A DNA stretch of 64,000 nt from Candidatus Parcubacteria bacterium (GCA_023130975.1 JAGMAD010000003.1:1109-65108), one strand, 5' to 3'. Positions 10,301 through 18,919 are shown, numbered from the stretch's first letter. Program-made: numbers and translations. The notes: generated from the letters alone by a model not told the origin.

Positions 10301-11237
10301 CTATAAAATTCAGAAAAGAGGAGGTAAAGGCATTATGGGAATGAAGACCCTGGGAGAGGACATTATTGAGCATTTTCTTTTTTGCCAAACCCATGATTTT
10401 CTGCTTTTCTTTACTGATTCCGGCAAAGTTTTTAAAATTCCGGCTTATGAAATTCCTGAAGGAACAAGAGTGGCTAAAGGCAGAGGACTTTTGAATTTCT
10501 TGGAGCTTACTCCACAAGATAAGATATTATCTATCCTTCCTTTTAAGAAACAAACCCAGGGCAATAAAGAAAACCAAGAGAATGAGATGAGGTATTTGGC
10601 AATGGCAACAAAAAATGGTATGATTAAAAAAACAGTTTTAGATGAATTTGAGAATGTCAGAAAATCAGGTCTGATTGCCATTAATCTTAAAAAAGGAGAT
10701 TTGCTTAAAAGCGTCAACAGAACTTCTGGTGAAGATGAGATGATTTTGGTGACCAAAAAAGGACAGTCAATTAGATTTAAGGAGGATAATGTTCGAGCTA
10801 TGGGCAGGACAGCTGCTGGAGTGACTGGAATAAGATTAAAGAAAGCCTCTGGCCCGTCGGGCCAACGGCTCGGAGGGGATGATGAGTTGATTGGGATGGA
10901 TGTTATAAAAACTCAAAAGATAAAAGAAAAAACACAAAACTATTTAATGGTAGTGAGTGAAAATGGGTATGGGAAGAGGACTGATTTAAGAGAATATAGA
11001 TTGCAGACCAGAGGCGGCTCAGGCATAAAAACAGCCAATGTTACCTCAAAAACAGGGGATTTAGTTGCTTCCAAAGTTCTTTTTGGAGGAGAAGAAGATT
11101 TAATTGTTATTTCCCAAAAGGGCCAAATAATTAGAACTCCTATTAATTCTATTTCCATAATTAGCAGGTCTACCCAGGGTGTGAGGATAATGCGTCTGGA
11201 AAAAGGAGATAAGGTGGCATCTGGCGCCTGCATCTAA
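7308..11237 (+). CDS. gyrA: DNA gyrase subunit A, interrupted by a 463-aa intein (mature extein about 846 aa)
   Basis: The conserved GyrA N-terminus ...RYPLIKGQGNFG and SIDGDPPSAMRYSEAKL (catalytic Tyr) are separated by a Cys...His-Asn element. GyrA C-terminal beta-pinwheel repeats are present. Confidence 0.97.
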   Translation: MKNDSEKEKTKEKTAEIGYVKPREITEEMKESYIDYAMSVIVARALPDVRDGLKPVHRRILYAMLEDGLRYDAKFRKSATVVGSVLGRYHPHGDQAVYDSLVRMAQDFSLRYPLIKGQGNFGCFTKDTKVKLTDGRSLDFGELIKEQKENKRHWGFTFNPESKKIEITEIKNPRKTRIKEKLIEITLDNEEKIKCTLDHRLMTRKGDYKEAKDLKPRDSLMPLYSEIYNGEEDKNLKGYERILQPEQNNWEFIHHLADAWNLKNKVYKKSAGRIRHHVNFNKLNNNPDNILRIQWENHWKYHKEIASNRHKNDPEYVKNIAQGKKRYWAQKENRELRSKLLSERNKKMWQNPKYRKMWIDAKKKMWQDFEYKEFMREASRKNLKNLWKRKDFQELMSKLKSEEMKKRWQNEDYRNSWKKKMREISLKIWSNPKHREYISKLAKKQWENEDYKNYMISKYKEKWENDPKFRAKSLNIISKNGKLNQKYRFLKLCKQILKKNKKITQEEYKKRSKNYGGSCIISFEKAISKYFNNKLGNVYQEIQQSGLVNHKVIKVKVLKKKEDVYDLTTEPWHNFLLNAGVFVHNSIDGDPPSAMRYSEAKLSKIGEETLKDITRETVNFRDNYDGTRKEPTVLPSPMPQLLLNGSLGIAVGMMTNIPPHNLTEVTKAAIYLIDNPKTTTEDLFNFIKGPDFPTGGIIYNRKEIISAYCQGNGPIVIRGKTEVSEDKKERNRILITEIPYQVQKSSLVEQFAKLVQEKKIIGVKDIRDESDREGMRIVIELQRDAFPQKILNRLYKFSDLQKTFHLNMLALVDGIQPKVLSLLEVLNYFVLHRKEIVTRRAKYDLKKAEERAHILEGLHKCLSKIDAVIKTIKSSANREDAQKNLMKKFKLTEIQANAILETKLSALAKLERKKIEEELEEKKKLIKELKTILKSPQKVKEVIKKELREVIENFGDERKTRVVVQKIGEIAEEDLIPQEETIITLTQGGYIKRVNPNVYKIQKRGGKGIMGMKTLGEDIIEHFLFCQTHDFLLFFTDSGKVFKIPAYEIPEGTRVAKGRGLLNFLELTPQDKILSILPFKKQTQGNKENQENEMRYLAMATKNGMIKKTVLDEFENVRKSGLIAINLKKGDLLKSVNRTSGEDEMILVTKKGQSIRFKEDNVRAMGRTAAGVTGIRLKKASGPSGQRLGGDDELIGMDVIKTQKIKEKTQNYLMVVSENGYGKRTDLREYRLQTRGGSGIKTANVTSKTGDLVASKVLFGGEEDLIVISQKGQIIRTPINSISIISRSTQGVRIMRLEKGDKVASGACI
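7674..9062 (+). mobile_element. intein (aa 123-585 of GyrA) with an HNH-type endonuclease region and about 8 basic W/Y tandem repeats
   Basis: Starts CFTKDTKVKL (Cys1). Block B is CTLDHRLMT and the end is GVFVHN followed by Ser+1. HNH-like region: GRIRHHVNFNKLNNNPDNILRIQWENHWKYH. Repeats span aa 312-472. Confidence 0.9.
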
Positions 11238-11242
11238 AAATT

Positions 11243-11758
11243 ATGAATGGTTTTATAAATCCGCAACAGATTTTGAAACAATTGAAACTGCGCAAAGATA
11301 TGACAGCAGTTGATTTTGGCTGCGGTTCTGGCAGCTGGGTTTTGCCTTTAGCTGAAAAATTAGAAGACGGCAAAGTAATAGCCATAGATATATTAGAAGA
11401 ACCCCTATCTGCCTTACAAGGCAAGGCAAAAATCCAGCATTTGGATAATATTGAAAGAGTTTTAGCTGATATAGAAAAAAGTTCTAAACTTGAAGACGGG
11501 ATTGCTGATTTGGTCCTAATGACAGACCTTTTATTTGAGGTTGATGATGTTAAGAAGGTTTTAGAAGAAGGAAAAAGAGTTCTTAAAAAAGGAGGAAGAA
11601 TTTTAGTGGTGGATTGGAGAAAAGACGTTGCTTTAGGCCCAGAACAAGGCCGGGTTTTACCAAGTGAAATTAAAAAAATTGCCAAAGATTTAGGATTAAA
11701 GTTAACAGAAGAATTTGAAGCCGGCACTTATCACTTTGCTCTGGTGTTTGAAAAATAG
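11243..11758 (+). CDS. class I SAM-dependent methyltransferase
   Basis: Motif I VDFGCGSGSW; 171 aa Rossmann-type layout. Confidence 0.8.
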   Translation: MNGFINPQQILKQLKLRKDMTAVDFGCGSGSWVLPLAEKLEDGKVIAIDILEEPLSALQGKAKIQHLDNIERVLADIEKSSKLEDGIADLVLMTDLLFEVDDVKKVLEEGKRVLKKGGRILVVDWRKDVALGPEQGRVLPSEIKKIAKDLGLKLTEEFEAGTYHFALVFEK

Positions 11759-11785
11759 TATAATGTAGTAAGATGGAAAAACAAT

Positions 11786-12121
11786 ATGAATAAAAAGACA
11801 TTATATGTATTTTTAATATTAGTAATAGGATTGATTTTTCTTCTGCCACCAAACGCCCAAATGGTAGAAATTGAAAACCCAATAAGTTCTGACAGTTTTG
11901 CAGATTTAGCTTATAATATTATAAAATTCATTTTTAATGTTGCTTTGGCTATTGTACCGATAATGTTTATCATTGCCGGCTTAGCTTTCATTACTGCTGC
12001 TGGCGATCCAGAGAAAATTAAAAGAGCTAAAGATATGGTTTGGTGGACAATAATAGGGTTTATGGTTATTTTATTAGCTAACGGAATAATCCAGGCAATT
12101 CAAGAAATTTTTGAAGAATAA
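11786..12121 (+). CDS. small membrane protein, TrbC/VirB2-like (type IV secretion pilin-like)
   Basis: Signal peptide plus two TM helices. Shares the motif AAGDPEKIKRAKDMVWWTIIG with its paralog at 12234. Confidence 0.55.
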   Translation: MNKKTLYVFLILVIGLIFLLPPNAQMVEIENPISSDSFADLAYNIIKFIFNVALAIVPIMFIIAGLAFITAAGDPEKIKRAKDMVWWTIIGFMVILLANGIIQAIQEIFEE

Positions 12122-12233
12122 TTGTATAATAATTTAAAATAAGGTATAATAATTTAAAATAACACCTGCCTTTTAGGTTATAAGAAGGGTAGGAAAAGGT
12201 CGAAAAAAATAAAAATTTTGAAAACCTAAAATT

Positions 12234-12560
12234 ATGAAAAAAATAATTTCCGCATTAGTTTTAATGAGCTTATTAGCTTTGCCAGTAATAGTGTTAGCAC
12301 AGGCAGCTCCAGAAGATCCGCCCGATGTTGAAATATGGGCAGCATTGGACACTATTACTACTTATCTTTTCGGTCTTTTAATTATAATAGCAGTTATATT
12401 TTTGATTCTTGCCGCTGTTCAGTATGTTACTGCTTCTGGAGATCCAGAGAAGATAAAATCAGCTCATCAAAAAGTTTTGTACGCTTTAATAGGAATAATA
12501 GTTGGAGTATTGGCCAGAGGATTAGTAATATTTGTGCGAGGAATGGTAGGAAACGTATAA
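12234..12560 (+). CDS. small membrane protein, TrbC/VirB2-like (paralog of 11786..12121)
   Basis: Signal peptide ending LAQA, motif ASGDPEKIKSAHQKVLYALIG, same topology as the paralog. Confidence 0.55.
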   Translation: MKKIISALVLMSLLALPVIVLAQAAPEDPPDVEIWAALDTITTYLFGLLIIIAVIFLILAAVQYVTASGDPEKIKSAHQKVLYALIGIIVGVLARGLVIFVRGMVGNV

Positions 12561-12661
12561 TAATAAGTTTTTATTTCGAAATCATTAAAAATCAACTCAT
12601 ACTGCTATTTAAAGTAGCTGGGTTGATTTTTTGTTTTAGTAAGATAGGATAATAAAGAGGT

Positions 12662-12743
12662 GTCCCTGTGGCGGAATTGGAATACGCGTAGCGCTTAGGA
12701 CGCTATCCTGAAAAGGTTGCAGGTTCGAGTCCTGCCAGGGACA
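12662..12743 (+). tRNA. tRNA-Leu (anticodon UAG)
   Basis: Hand-folded. Acceptor GTCCCTG/CAGGGAC, anticodon stem TAGCG/CGCTA, loop CTTAGGA, 13-nt variable arm, T-arm GCAGG-TTCGAGT-CCTGC. No encoded CCA. Confidence 0.92.
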
Positions 12744-12830
12744 CATTGGGTTTCAAGGACGCCGAAGGCGGACGAAGACCCCGCACCGAATTTATTCTGG
12801 TGCGGGGCAAATCCCTTCCTCGGCACAAAC

Positions 12831-12857
12831 AAAAAAAGGAGCTTAGCTCCTTTTTTT
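12831..12857. terminator. bidirectional intrinsic terminator
   Basis: aaaaaaaggagcttagctccttttttt: GC stem flanked by A and T runs, between the tRNA-Leu and the convergent hsp20 gene. Confidence 0.8.
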
Positions 12858-12863
12858 GATTAG

Positions 12864-13427
12864 TTATGTTTTTATTGCTACTTTTCTTTTTCTTTTCCTC
12901 TGAATTTTCGGAATTCTGATAGTTAAAATCCCATCTTTCATCATTGCTTCAACTCGGGAATTATCCACTTCTTCTTGCAAAATGATTCTTTTAGAAAAAG
13001 GTCCCCAATAGCATTCTTGATAAAAGTAATTTTTTTCCTCGTCTTCGTCTGGTTTTTCCCTGTTTCCTTCTATGGTTAGAATGTCATTTTCAATAACAAT
13101 ATCCAAGTTTTCTGGTTTCACTCCAGCCACAGCGGACTGAATTACTAAGTCAGTTTTGGTTTGATAAACATCAACCGCTAATTCCCCTTTCTGCTCAAAC
13201 CATTTTTCCTTGCTTGCTGAAGCAAAGGCGGGTTTTTCTTCTTTCTTTATTTCGGTTTTAATTTCCTCTTTAATTTTTACCTTTTTCTTTTTAGATTTTG
13301 GTTTTTCCTCGCTCTCCATCTTTCGCTCTACTTTCAACGGAGCTTCGGACGGCAAAGCCGAATCCTTGATGAGAGAAGGTTTTTCTTCAATCCCGATATT
13401 TTTTTTTAATTTTTCTAAAAAAGACAC
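12864..13427 (-). CDS. Hsp20/alpha-crystallin family small heat-shock protein with Lys/Glu-rich N-terminal extension
   Basis: C-terminal ACD pattern LAVDVYQTKTDLVIQSAVAGVKPENLDIVIENDILTIEGNR...DGILTIRIPK. Confidence 0.85.
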   Translation of the reverse strand: MSFLEKLKKNIGIEEKPSLIKDSALPSEAPLKVERKMESEEKPKSKKKKVKIKEEIKTEIKKEEKPAFASASKEKWFEQKGELAVDVYQTKTDLVIQSAVAGVKPENLDIVIENDILTIEGNREKPDEDEEKNYFYQECYWGPFSKRIILQEEVDNSRVEAMMKDGILTIRIPKIQRKRKRKVAIKT

Positions 13428-13536
13428 AATCTAAAAATTTCTAATTCTTAATTTTGTAATTTTTAAATAATGCTCAAATTTTATAATTTTTAAAAATTAA
13501 AAATTAGGATTTATTTATAAAATTAAAAATTAAAAA

Positions 13537-14331
13537 TTAGTTAATCTTGCATACGCTTTTCATTTTTTTGAGTTTTTTAAAAGCCAAAGAAACAAAAAGA
13601 GCAAGCGATATTAAGATAACAGCTGGTATTAAAACCTGTAAGCTTCCTTCAAGTACTATTATAGAATAATTAAATAATCCATGCAACAAAGTAGCTATTA
13701 TTAAACCAGCAAAAAGCAAGTTAAATCGGTTTTTTGCTTCAAAAATAGATAAAGCCAAAAAATAACCTATTGTTGCTGAACAGAGAGCATGTAAAAAAAC
13801 TGCTCCTAAAAATCTGATGGCAGTTATTTGAAATGTCTCGGAGAACTTAATAACAGGGAATAAATGAGGAGAGAGATATAAGATATTTTCCAGAGCAGCA
13901 AAACCCAATCCGGCAATAATCATATAAATCATAGCATCTACTGGTTCGTCAAATTCCGGGTCATTTAGAACTTTATATTTTACCACTAAGTATTTGAAGG
14001 TTTCCTCTACAAAAGCTATTCCGATAATACTGTACAAGAAAAACATCAAAAGAGCAGAGGAGCTTAAATTAGATATTTGGAGAAGCCCTTGCCTTAAAAA
14101 CTGGGAGATTTCGCTGGGAGAAGGGGAAACAGAGAACAAAAGGGATAAAACATCAAAACCTTTTGAAAAACACATTTCTAAAAAAAGAGCAGGTATAGTA
14201 ATAATTGCCCCGCAGAAAAATATCTTTAAAACCATTCTTTTTGGTTCCGGATGAACATCTTTTTGTAAGTAATATGAAAGCCAGATTATACTGGGAGCCA
14301 GACCGAAGGCTATGAGAAGAATGTAGTTCAT
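13537..14331 (-). CDS. PrsW-family intramembrane protease
   Basis: Multi-TM protein with EE..K (FVEETFKY), FLHALCSATIGY and LHGLFN motifs. Confidence 0.7.
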   Translation of the reverse strand: MNYILLIAFGLAPSIIWLSYYLQKDVHPEPKRMVLKIFFCGAIITIPALFLEMCFSKGFDVLSLLFSVSPSPSEISQFLRQGLLQISNLSSSALLMFFLYSIIGIAFVEETFKYLVVKYKVLNDPEFDEPVDAMIYMIIAGLGFAALENILYLSPHLFPVIKFSETFQITAIRFLGAVFLHALCSATIGYFLALSIFEAKNRFNLLFAGLIIATLLHGLFNYSIIVLEGSLQVLIPAVILISLALFVSLAFKKLKKMKSVCKIN

Positions 14332-14332
14332 A

Positions 14333-15454
14333 TTAATTTGTTCTTAAATTAGCATTAACTTTAATATTTTTCCAATCTTTAGCTTCTTTATTATGAAAAT
14401 AAGCTGTTAAAGCTATCATGGCAGCGTTGTCAGTGCAAAATTGGATATTAGGTGTTAGATACTGGATATTAGACAATTCTTTTTTGATTTTTTCTCCAAA
14501 TTGTTTTCGCAGTTCTTCATTAGCTACCACGCCGCCGCCGAGAATAATTGTTTTCACTTTATAGTCCTTGGCTGCTTTGATTGTTTTTTTAATTAAAACA
14601 TCAATTACTGCTTGTTGAATTTCAACAGACATTGCTTGGACATATTTTTTAGATTTTCTTGTTTTAGAATTTTGCTTTTTAAAGTCATACAGGACAGCTG
14701 TTTTTAATCCTGAAAAACTAAAATCATAATCCTTTGAGTAAATCATTGGCCTGGGCAAACTAAAATTTTTAATTTTTAATTTTAAATTTTTAATTTTAGC
14801 CGCTTCAGCGGCGATTGCCGGCCCACCAGGATAGCCAAGGCCTAAAATTCTGGCTGTTTTGTCAAAACACTCTCCGGCAGCATCATCTCTTGTTTCTCCT
14901 AAAATTTTGTATTTGCCAAAATCTCGCATCAATATTAATTGAGTATGTCCTCCAGACACAACTAAACAAATTGCTGGCAGATATTTTTGAAAATTGAAAA
15001 TTGAAAATTGAAAATTTGAGCTAACTGGCGAAAGCCAGTTAGCGAGTATATGTGCTTCAATATGATTAACTGGTATAATTTTTAAATTCCACAAATGAGC
15101 TAATGCCTTGGTAAAGTTCACACCTGTCCATAAACAGGGCTCCAGTCCAGGTCCTTTTGTTGCAGCAATAAAGTCAATTTTCGGTTTGATGAAGTTTTTT
15201 ATCCCTGCTTTTTTAAAAGCTTTTTTCAACACAGGCAAAAGATTTTTCTGATGCTCTCTTTTCGCCATTGTCGGATACACTCCTCCATATTTTTTATGAA
15301 TTTCTACCTGCGACGAAACTATATTAGAAAGAATTTTAATTTCTTTAAGTTTTAAGTTTTGAGTTGTAGCTTTGAGCTTTGAGCTTTGAACTTTGAACTT
15401 TAATATACTTATGCAGGTGTCATCACAAGATGTTTCAATAGCTAAGATAATCAT
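14333..15454 (-). CDS. tsaD: tRNA N6-adenosine threonylcarbamoyltransferase with three low-complexity insertions
   Basis: MIILAIETSCDDT..., YGGVYP, VSGGHT, GYPGGP and CTDNAAMIA motifs. The insertions are encoded by intergenic-type repeats. Confidence 0.9.
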   Translation of the reverse strand: MIILAIETSCDDTCISILKFKVQSSKLKATTQNLKLKEIKILSNIVSSQVEIHKKYGGVYPTMAKREHQKNLLPVLKKAFKKAGIKNFIKPKIDFIAATKGPGLEPCLWTGVNFTKALAHLWNLKIIPVNHIEAHILANWLSPVSSNFQFSIFNFQKYLPAICLVVSGGHTQLILMRDFGKYKILGETRDDAAGECFDKTARILGLGYPGGPAIAAEAAKIKNLKLKIKNFSLPRPMIYSKDYDFSFSGLKTAVLYDFKKQNSKTRKSKKYVQAMSVEIQQAVIDVLIKKTIKAAKDYKVKTIILGGGVVANEELRKQFGEKIKKELSNIQYLTPNIQFCTDNAAMIALTAYFHNKEAKDWKNIKVNANLRTN

Positions 15455-15666
15455 TTTTTAATTCAAGAATATATATTTATAATGCGGAGCATTTCAAGGT
15501 TCTGGCGAAGCCAGGTTCTTATACCTTAACGAATCGGAACCGTTCGCTTTGCTCACTGTAATTTGCTTCGCAAATTAAGGAGGTTCTGAGATGCGAAGCA
15601 TCTCATGGTTCTTATCTTATCATTCAGCTTGCTTTTTTTCAAATTTTAAGGTAATATTCAAATAAT

Positions 15667-15741
15667 GACCCCATCATCTAGTGGTTAGGATATCAGGTTT
15701 TCATCCTGAAAACCGGAGTTCGACTCTCCGTGGGGTCGCCA
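15667..15741 (+). tRNA. tRNA-Glu (anticodon UUC), CCA encoded
   Basis: Acceptor GACCCCA/TGGGGTC, anticodon stem TCAGG/CCTGA, loop TTTTCAT, T-arm CGGAG-TTCGACT-CTCCG, then GCCA. Confidence 0.93.
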
Positions 15742-15830
15742 CGTAAAAACGTTAATTTTGCTTCGCAAAATTTTACGTTCAACGTGGCTGGAACATTAAT
15801 TTTACGAAGTAAAATTTTACGTCCCGCTGT

Positions 15831-18008
15831 TTACTCTAAATGTATCCTTGCTTGAAATTCCTTTAATCGCTCTTCTAAAAAGGAGTGATTTTTTAATTCC
15901 GGGTCTTGTTCTAATAGTTCTTTGGCTGCTTGTCTCGTTTTTTCTATTAAAAATACATCTTTTAGAGAATCCATTATCATATCCGGGATGCCCCATTGTC
16001 TGGCGCCGGAAAAATCGCCAGGCCCCCTGATTTTTAAGTCCTTTTCAGCTAGTTCAAAACCATTTTCAGAAGAAATCAGGGCCTTGAGTCGTTGTCGTGT
16101 TTTTACTGCCCCTGATTCACTAAATAACAAACAATAGGATTGATATTTAGATCTGCCAACCCGACCTCTGAATTGATGAAGCTGGGCCAATCCAAATCTT
16201 TCTGCTCCTTCTATAACCATTACTGTTGTATTAGGAACATCAATACCAACTTCAATTACTGATGTTGAAACCAAAATGTCTGTTTTTCTGTTTTTAAAGT
16301 CCATCATTATTTTTTCTTTTTCTTTTGGTCTCATTTTTCCATGAAGCATCACGACTTTTAATTTTGGAAAAACTTCTTTTGATAATCTTTCGTATTCTTC
16401 CTTCACTGCTTTTACCTCAGCCCAAGATGATATATCTTCTTTTGAGTTTTGCTTGCCCGCCGTAGCTTTAGCAGAGGCGGGACTTTCTATCCGTGGGCAT
16501 ATCACGAAAACCTGTCTTCCCTTTTTAACTTCTTTTTTGATAAATTGATGTGTTTTTTTTCTATTTGCTGGCGCAATAACTTTTGTGATTATTTTTTTTC
16601 TTCCTTTTGGCAGTTCATCAATTAAAGATAAATCCAAGTCCCCATAAATGGTTAAAGCCAAACTTCGGGGGATAGGCGTAGCAGTCATAGAAAGCAGATG
16701 AGGAATAGTTGTTTTCGCGTCAATTTCGCGAGCAACGAGCTTTGCTCGTTGCTGAACTCCAAATCGGTGCTGTTCATCTAAAATTACCAAAGCCAATCCG
16801 CCAGGTGGCGGACCGAATTTAACTTTATCTTGAATTAAAGTATGGGTGCCGATTAAAATATCTATATCGCCCTTAATTGTTTTTTCCAATAATTTTTGTC
16901 TTGAAATTTCTATTGTTTCTTCTTTTAATTTCTTTGAAATAAATTTATCTTCTTTCCCAGTTAAAAGTCCTATATTGATATTAAAATCCTTGAATCGAGA
17001 ACTTACTTCTTTAAAATGCTGCTTGGCTAAAATTTCAGTTGGAGCCATAAAGGCAACTTGATAGCCATTTTTTATGGTTTCCAAAGCAGCTATTAAAGCA
17101 ACTATGGTTTTTCCAGAGCCAACATCTCCTTCTAAAAGCCGGTTCATTGGCCGAGATTTTTCCAAATCTTTTAAAATCTGCCAGCTTGATTTTCTTTGAG
17201 CATCGGTCAATTTAAAAGAAAGAGTTTTTACAAATTTTTTCACTAATTCAATATCCATAAGAATAGAGATTGCTTTTTCTTTATTCAGTGCCATTCTTGC
17301 TTGTAAGACGGCTAATTCAATCAAAAATAGTTCTTCAAAAGAAAATCGTTTTTGCGCTTTTTCAGCTAAATTTATTGAATCAGGAAAATGAATCTGCCAA
17401 ATGGCTTTTCCTATACTCAAAAGTTTGTTTTCTTGAATAATTTTTTGAGGGAGAATTTCCGGGATTTTATTTCCTAGATTTATTAAAAGCGGCTTAATAA
17501 TATATCGCAGCCATCGCGAAGATAATCTTTCGGTCTCTGGGTAAACCGGTACAATTCTACCAGTGTGAGTTAAATTAGATGCTGGATGCTGGATGCTGGA
17601 TTCTGGAACTTTTTCATAAGTAGGATTGGATAGATATAATCCATTGTCTCCCCTAACTACTTTTCCAGCTAAACAGACATTATCTTCTATTTTTAAAGTT
17701 TTTGTTAAATAGGGTTGGTTAAACCAAACAACTTTTATGGCGTCAGTTTTATCCTGAACAACTGCTTGGGTTAAAATCATTCTCCTTTTCCATGTTCTGC
17801 TGTTTTTAATTTCTAAGATTTTTCCCAAAATACAGCAGTTTTCATTTAACTTAATCTTGGAAATCGGTATAATATCAGAAAAATCCTCATAGCGATGAGG
17901 AAAATGATATAAAATGTCTCGTATGGTTTTAATCCCTAATTTCTTTAGTTTCTTTTGAAAAACCGGCCCAATCCTGGGTATTTGTTCAATCGAAGTTGAT
18001 AAGTTCAT
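15831..18008 (-). CDS. recG: ATP-dependent DNA helicase RecG
   Basis: 725 aa. Wedge/OB N-terminus, GDVGSGKT, DEQHRFGV, TATPIPR, QLHQFRGRVGR. Confidence 0.95.
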   Translation of the reverse strand: MNLSTSIEQIPRIGPVFQKKLKKLGIKTIRDILYHFPHRYEDFSDIIPISKIKLNENCCILGKILEIKNSRTWKRRMILTQAVVQDKTDAIKVVWFNQPYLTKTLKIEDNVCLAGKVVRGDNGLYLSNPTYEKVPESSIQHPASNLTHTGRIVPVYPETERLSSRWLRYIIKPLLINLGNKIPEILPQKIIQENKLLSIGKAIWQIHFPDSINLAEKAQKRFSFEELFLIELAVLQARMALNKEKAISILMDIELVKKFVKTLSFKLTDAQRKSSWQILKDLEKSRPMNRLLEGDVGSGKTIVALIAALETIKNGYQVAFMAPTEILAKQHFKEVSSRFKDFNINIGLLTGKEDKFISKKLKEETIEISRQKLLEKTIKGDIDILIGTHTLIQDKVKFGPPPGGLALVILDEQHRFGVQQRAKLVAREIDAKTTIPHLLSMTATPIPRSLALTIYGDLDLSLIDELPKGRKKIITKVIAPANRKKTHQFIKKEVKKGRQVFVICPRIESPASAKATAGKQNSKEDISSWAEVKAVKEEYERLSKEVFPKLKVVMLHGKMRPKEKEKIMMDFKNRKTDILVSTSVIEVGIDVPNTTVMVIEGAERFGLAQLHQFRGRVGRSKYQSYCLLFSESGAVKTRQRLKALISSENGFELAEKDLKIRGPGDFSGARQWGIPDMIMDSLKDVFLIEKTRQAAKELLEQDPELKNHSFLEERLKEFQARIHLE

Positions 18009-18143
18009 ATTGCTCTTGCTTTAATTTTATACTAAAATAAAGACTAAGGAAAGGTTAAAATCAAAATGTCGAATTTTTATCAAATTTTCTAGCAAGTTCG
18101 CATGTAACTTGTTATACAATATAGCCAACCATAAGGAATTGAA

Positions 18144-18485
18144 ATGAAAAAAATATTAATCACACTTTGCATCATTATACTATCGTTTGTATTAGGAATT
18201 CTTGCTAATTATTATGTTTCCGAATATTTCAGAAATATGCATCGTATATCGGGCGTTATTGAGTGTCAGTCCGAGTTACCCTTTTATGTTACAGGACCAC
18301 CACCGGAAGGGTATTATGTAAGCTCTTCGGTTTTTGGACGCGTATATGTCAAGCACAACTCCGTTTCTGAGTATTTGGGCAAAAATATACGAGCAGGAGG
18401 ATGGCTCAAAAATATATGTGGTGTCGATGCTATGCTTTGCTACCCATTGATAGATGCAGAATGGATTAAAATTAGTGAAGATTGA
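18144..18485 (+). CDS. hypothetical small membrane-anchored/secreted protein
   Basis: N-terminal TM helix (ILITLCIIILSFVLGILA); no recognisable domain. Confidence 0.4.
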   Translation: MKKILITLCIIILSFVLGILANYYVSEYFRNMHRISGVIECQSELPFYVTGPPPEGYYVSSSVFGRVYVKHNSVSEYLGKNIRAGGWLKNICGVDAMLCYPLIDAEWIKISED

Positions 18486-18747
18486 ATTGGTTGGCTACAT
18501 CGCCTAACGCAGCATATATGCTGCGGGCTTCGCCCTTGCCCTTTGGGACATTTGCTGTCGCAAACGTCGTATATACTGGTTCCGTTAGGCGACATATTAC
18601 TTCCGATTTTGCTTTTAGAAATTTATTTAATATTCATAAAATAAAGAATGAATATTTTTTATTTTCAGCATATTATTTAAGCAACTGGGATTATTTATCA
18701 AGCCGTAATTTTTTCCAAAGAATTTTAAAATTAAAAGTAAAAATAAG

Positions 18748-18787
18748 TCCGTCACAAAATAGGACGATCGTCCTATTTTGTGACGGA
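18748..18787. repeat. 40-nt perfect palindrome (probable bidirectional terminator or operator)
   Basis: tccgtcacaaaataggacga|tcgtcctattttgtgacgga, followed by ttttattt. Confidence 0.7.
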
Positions 18788-18864
18788 TTTTATTTAGAAA
18801 CGTCATTACAATTGCGTTTTTTGGCAAAATGCACAATTTAGAGATTGATAATATGTTTCCGAAA

Positions 18865-18883
18865 GTATACTATAATAGTATAC
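18865..18883. promoter_or_regulatory. 19-nt palindromic operator-like site overlapping the putative -10 of the mannoside operon
   Basis: GTATACTATAATAGTATAC is a perfect odd palindrome. TTGATA (18845-18850) + 17 nt + TACTAT lies inside it, about 40 nt upstream of the 18920 ATG. Confidence 0.5.
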
Positions 18884-18919
18884 TATAAGAAACGCAAGCG
18901 AATTAAGGATTAAAAAACC

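Noticed and set aside
18122-18497. 10-bp inverted repeat (tagccaacca / tggttggcta) framing ORF 18144..18485 as a mobile cassette.
   Set aside because: A 10-bp match at this spacing is within chance expectation for a 64-kb window. There is no second copy and no target duplication.
18482-18841. 119-aa ORF from the track.
   Set aside because: It has a non-ATG start and no SD. It runs through palindromes and hairpin-rich non-coding sequence and has an atypical composition. It is probably spurious.
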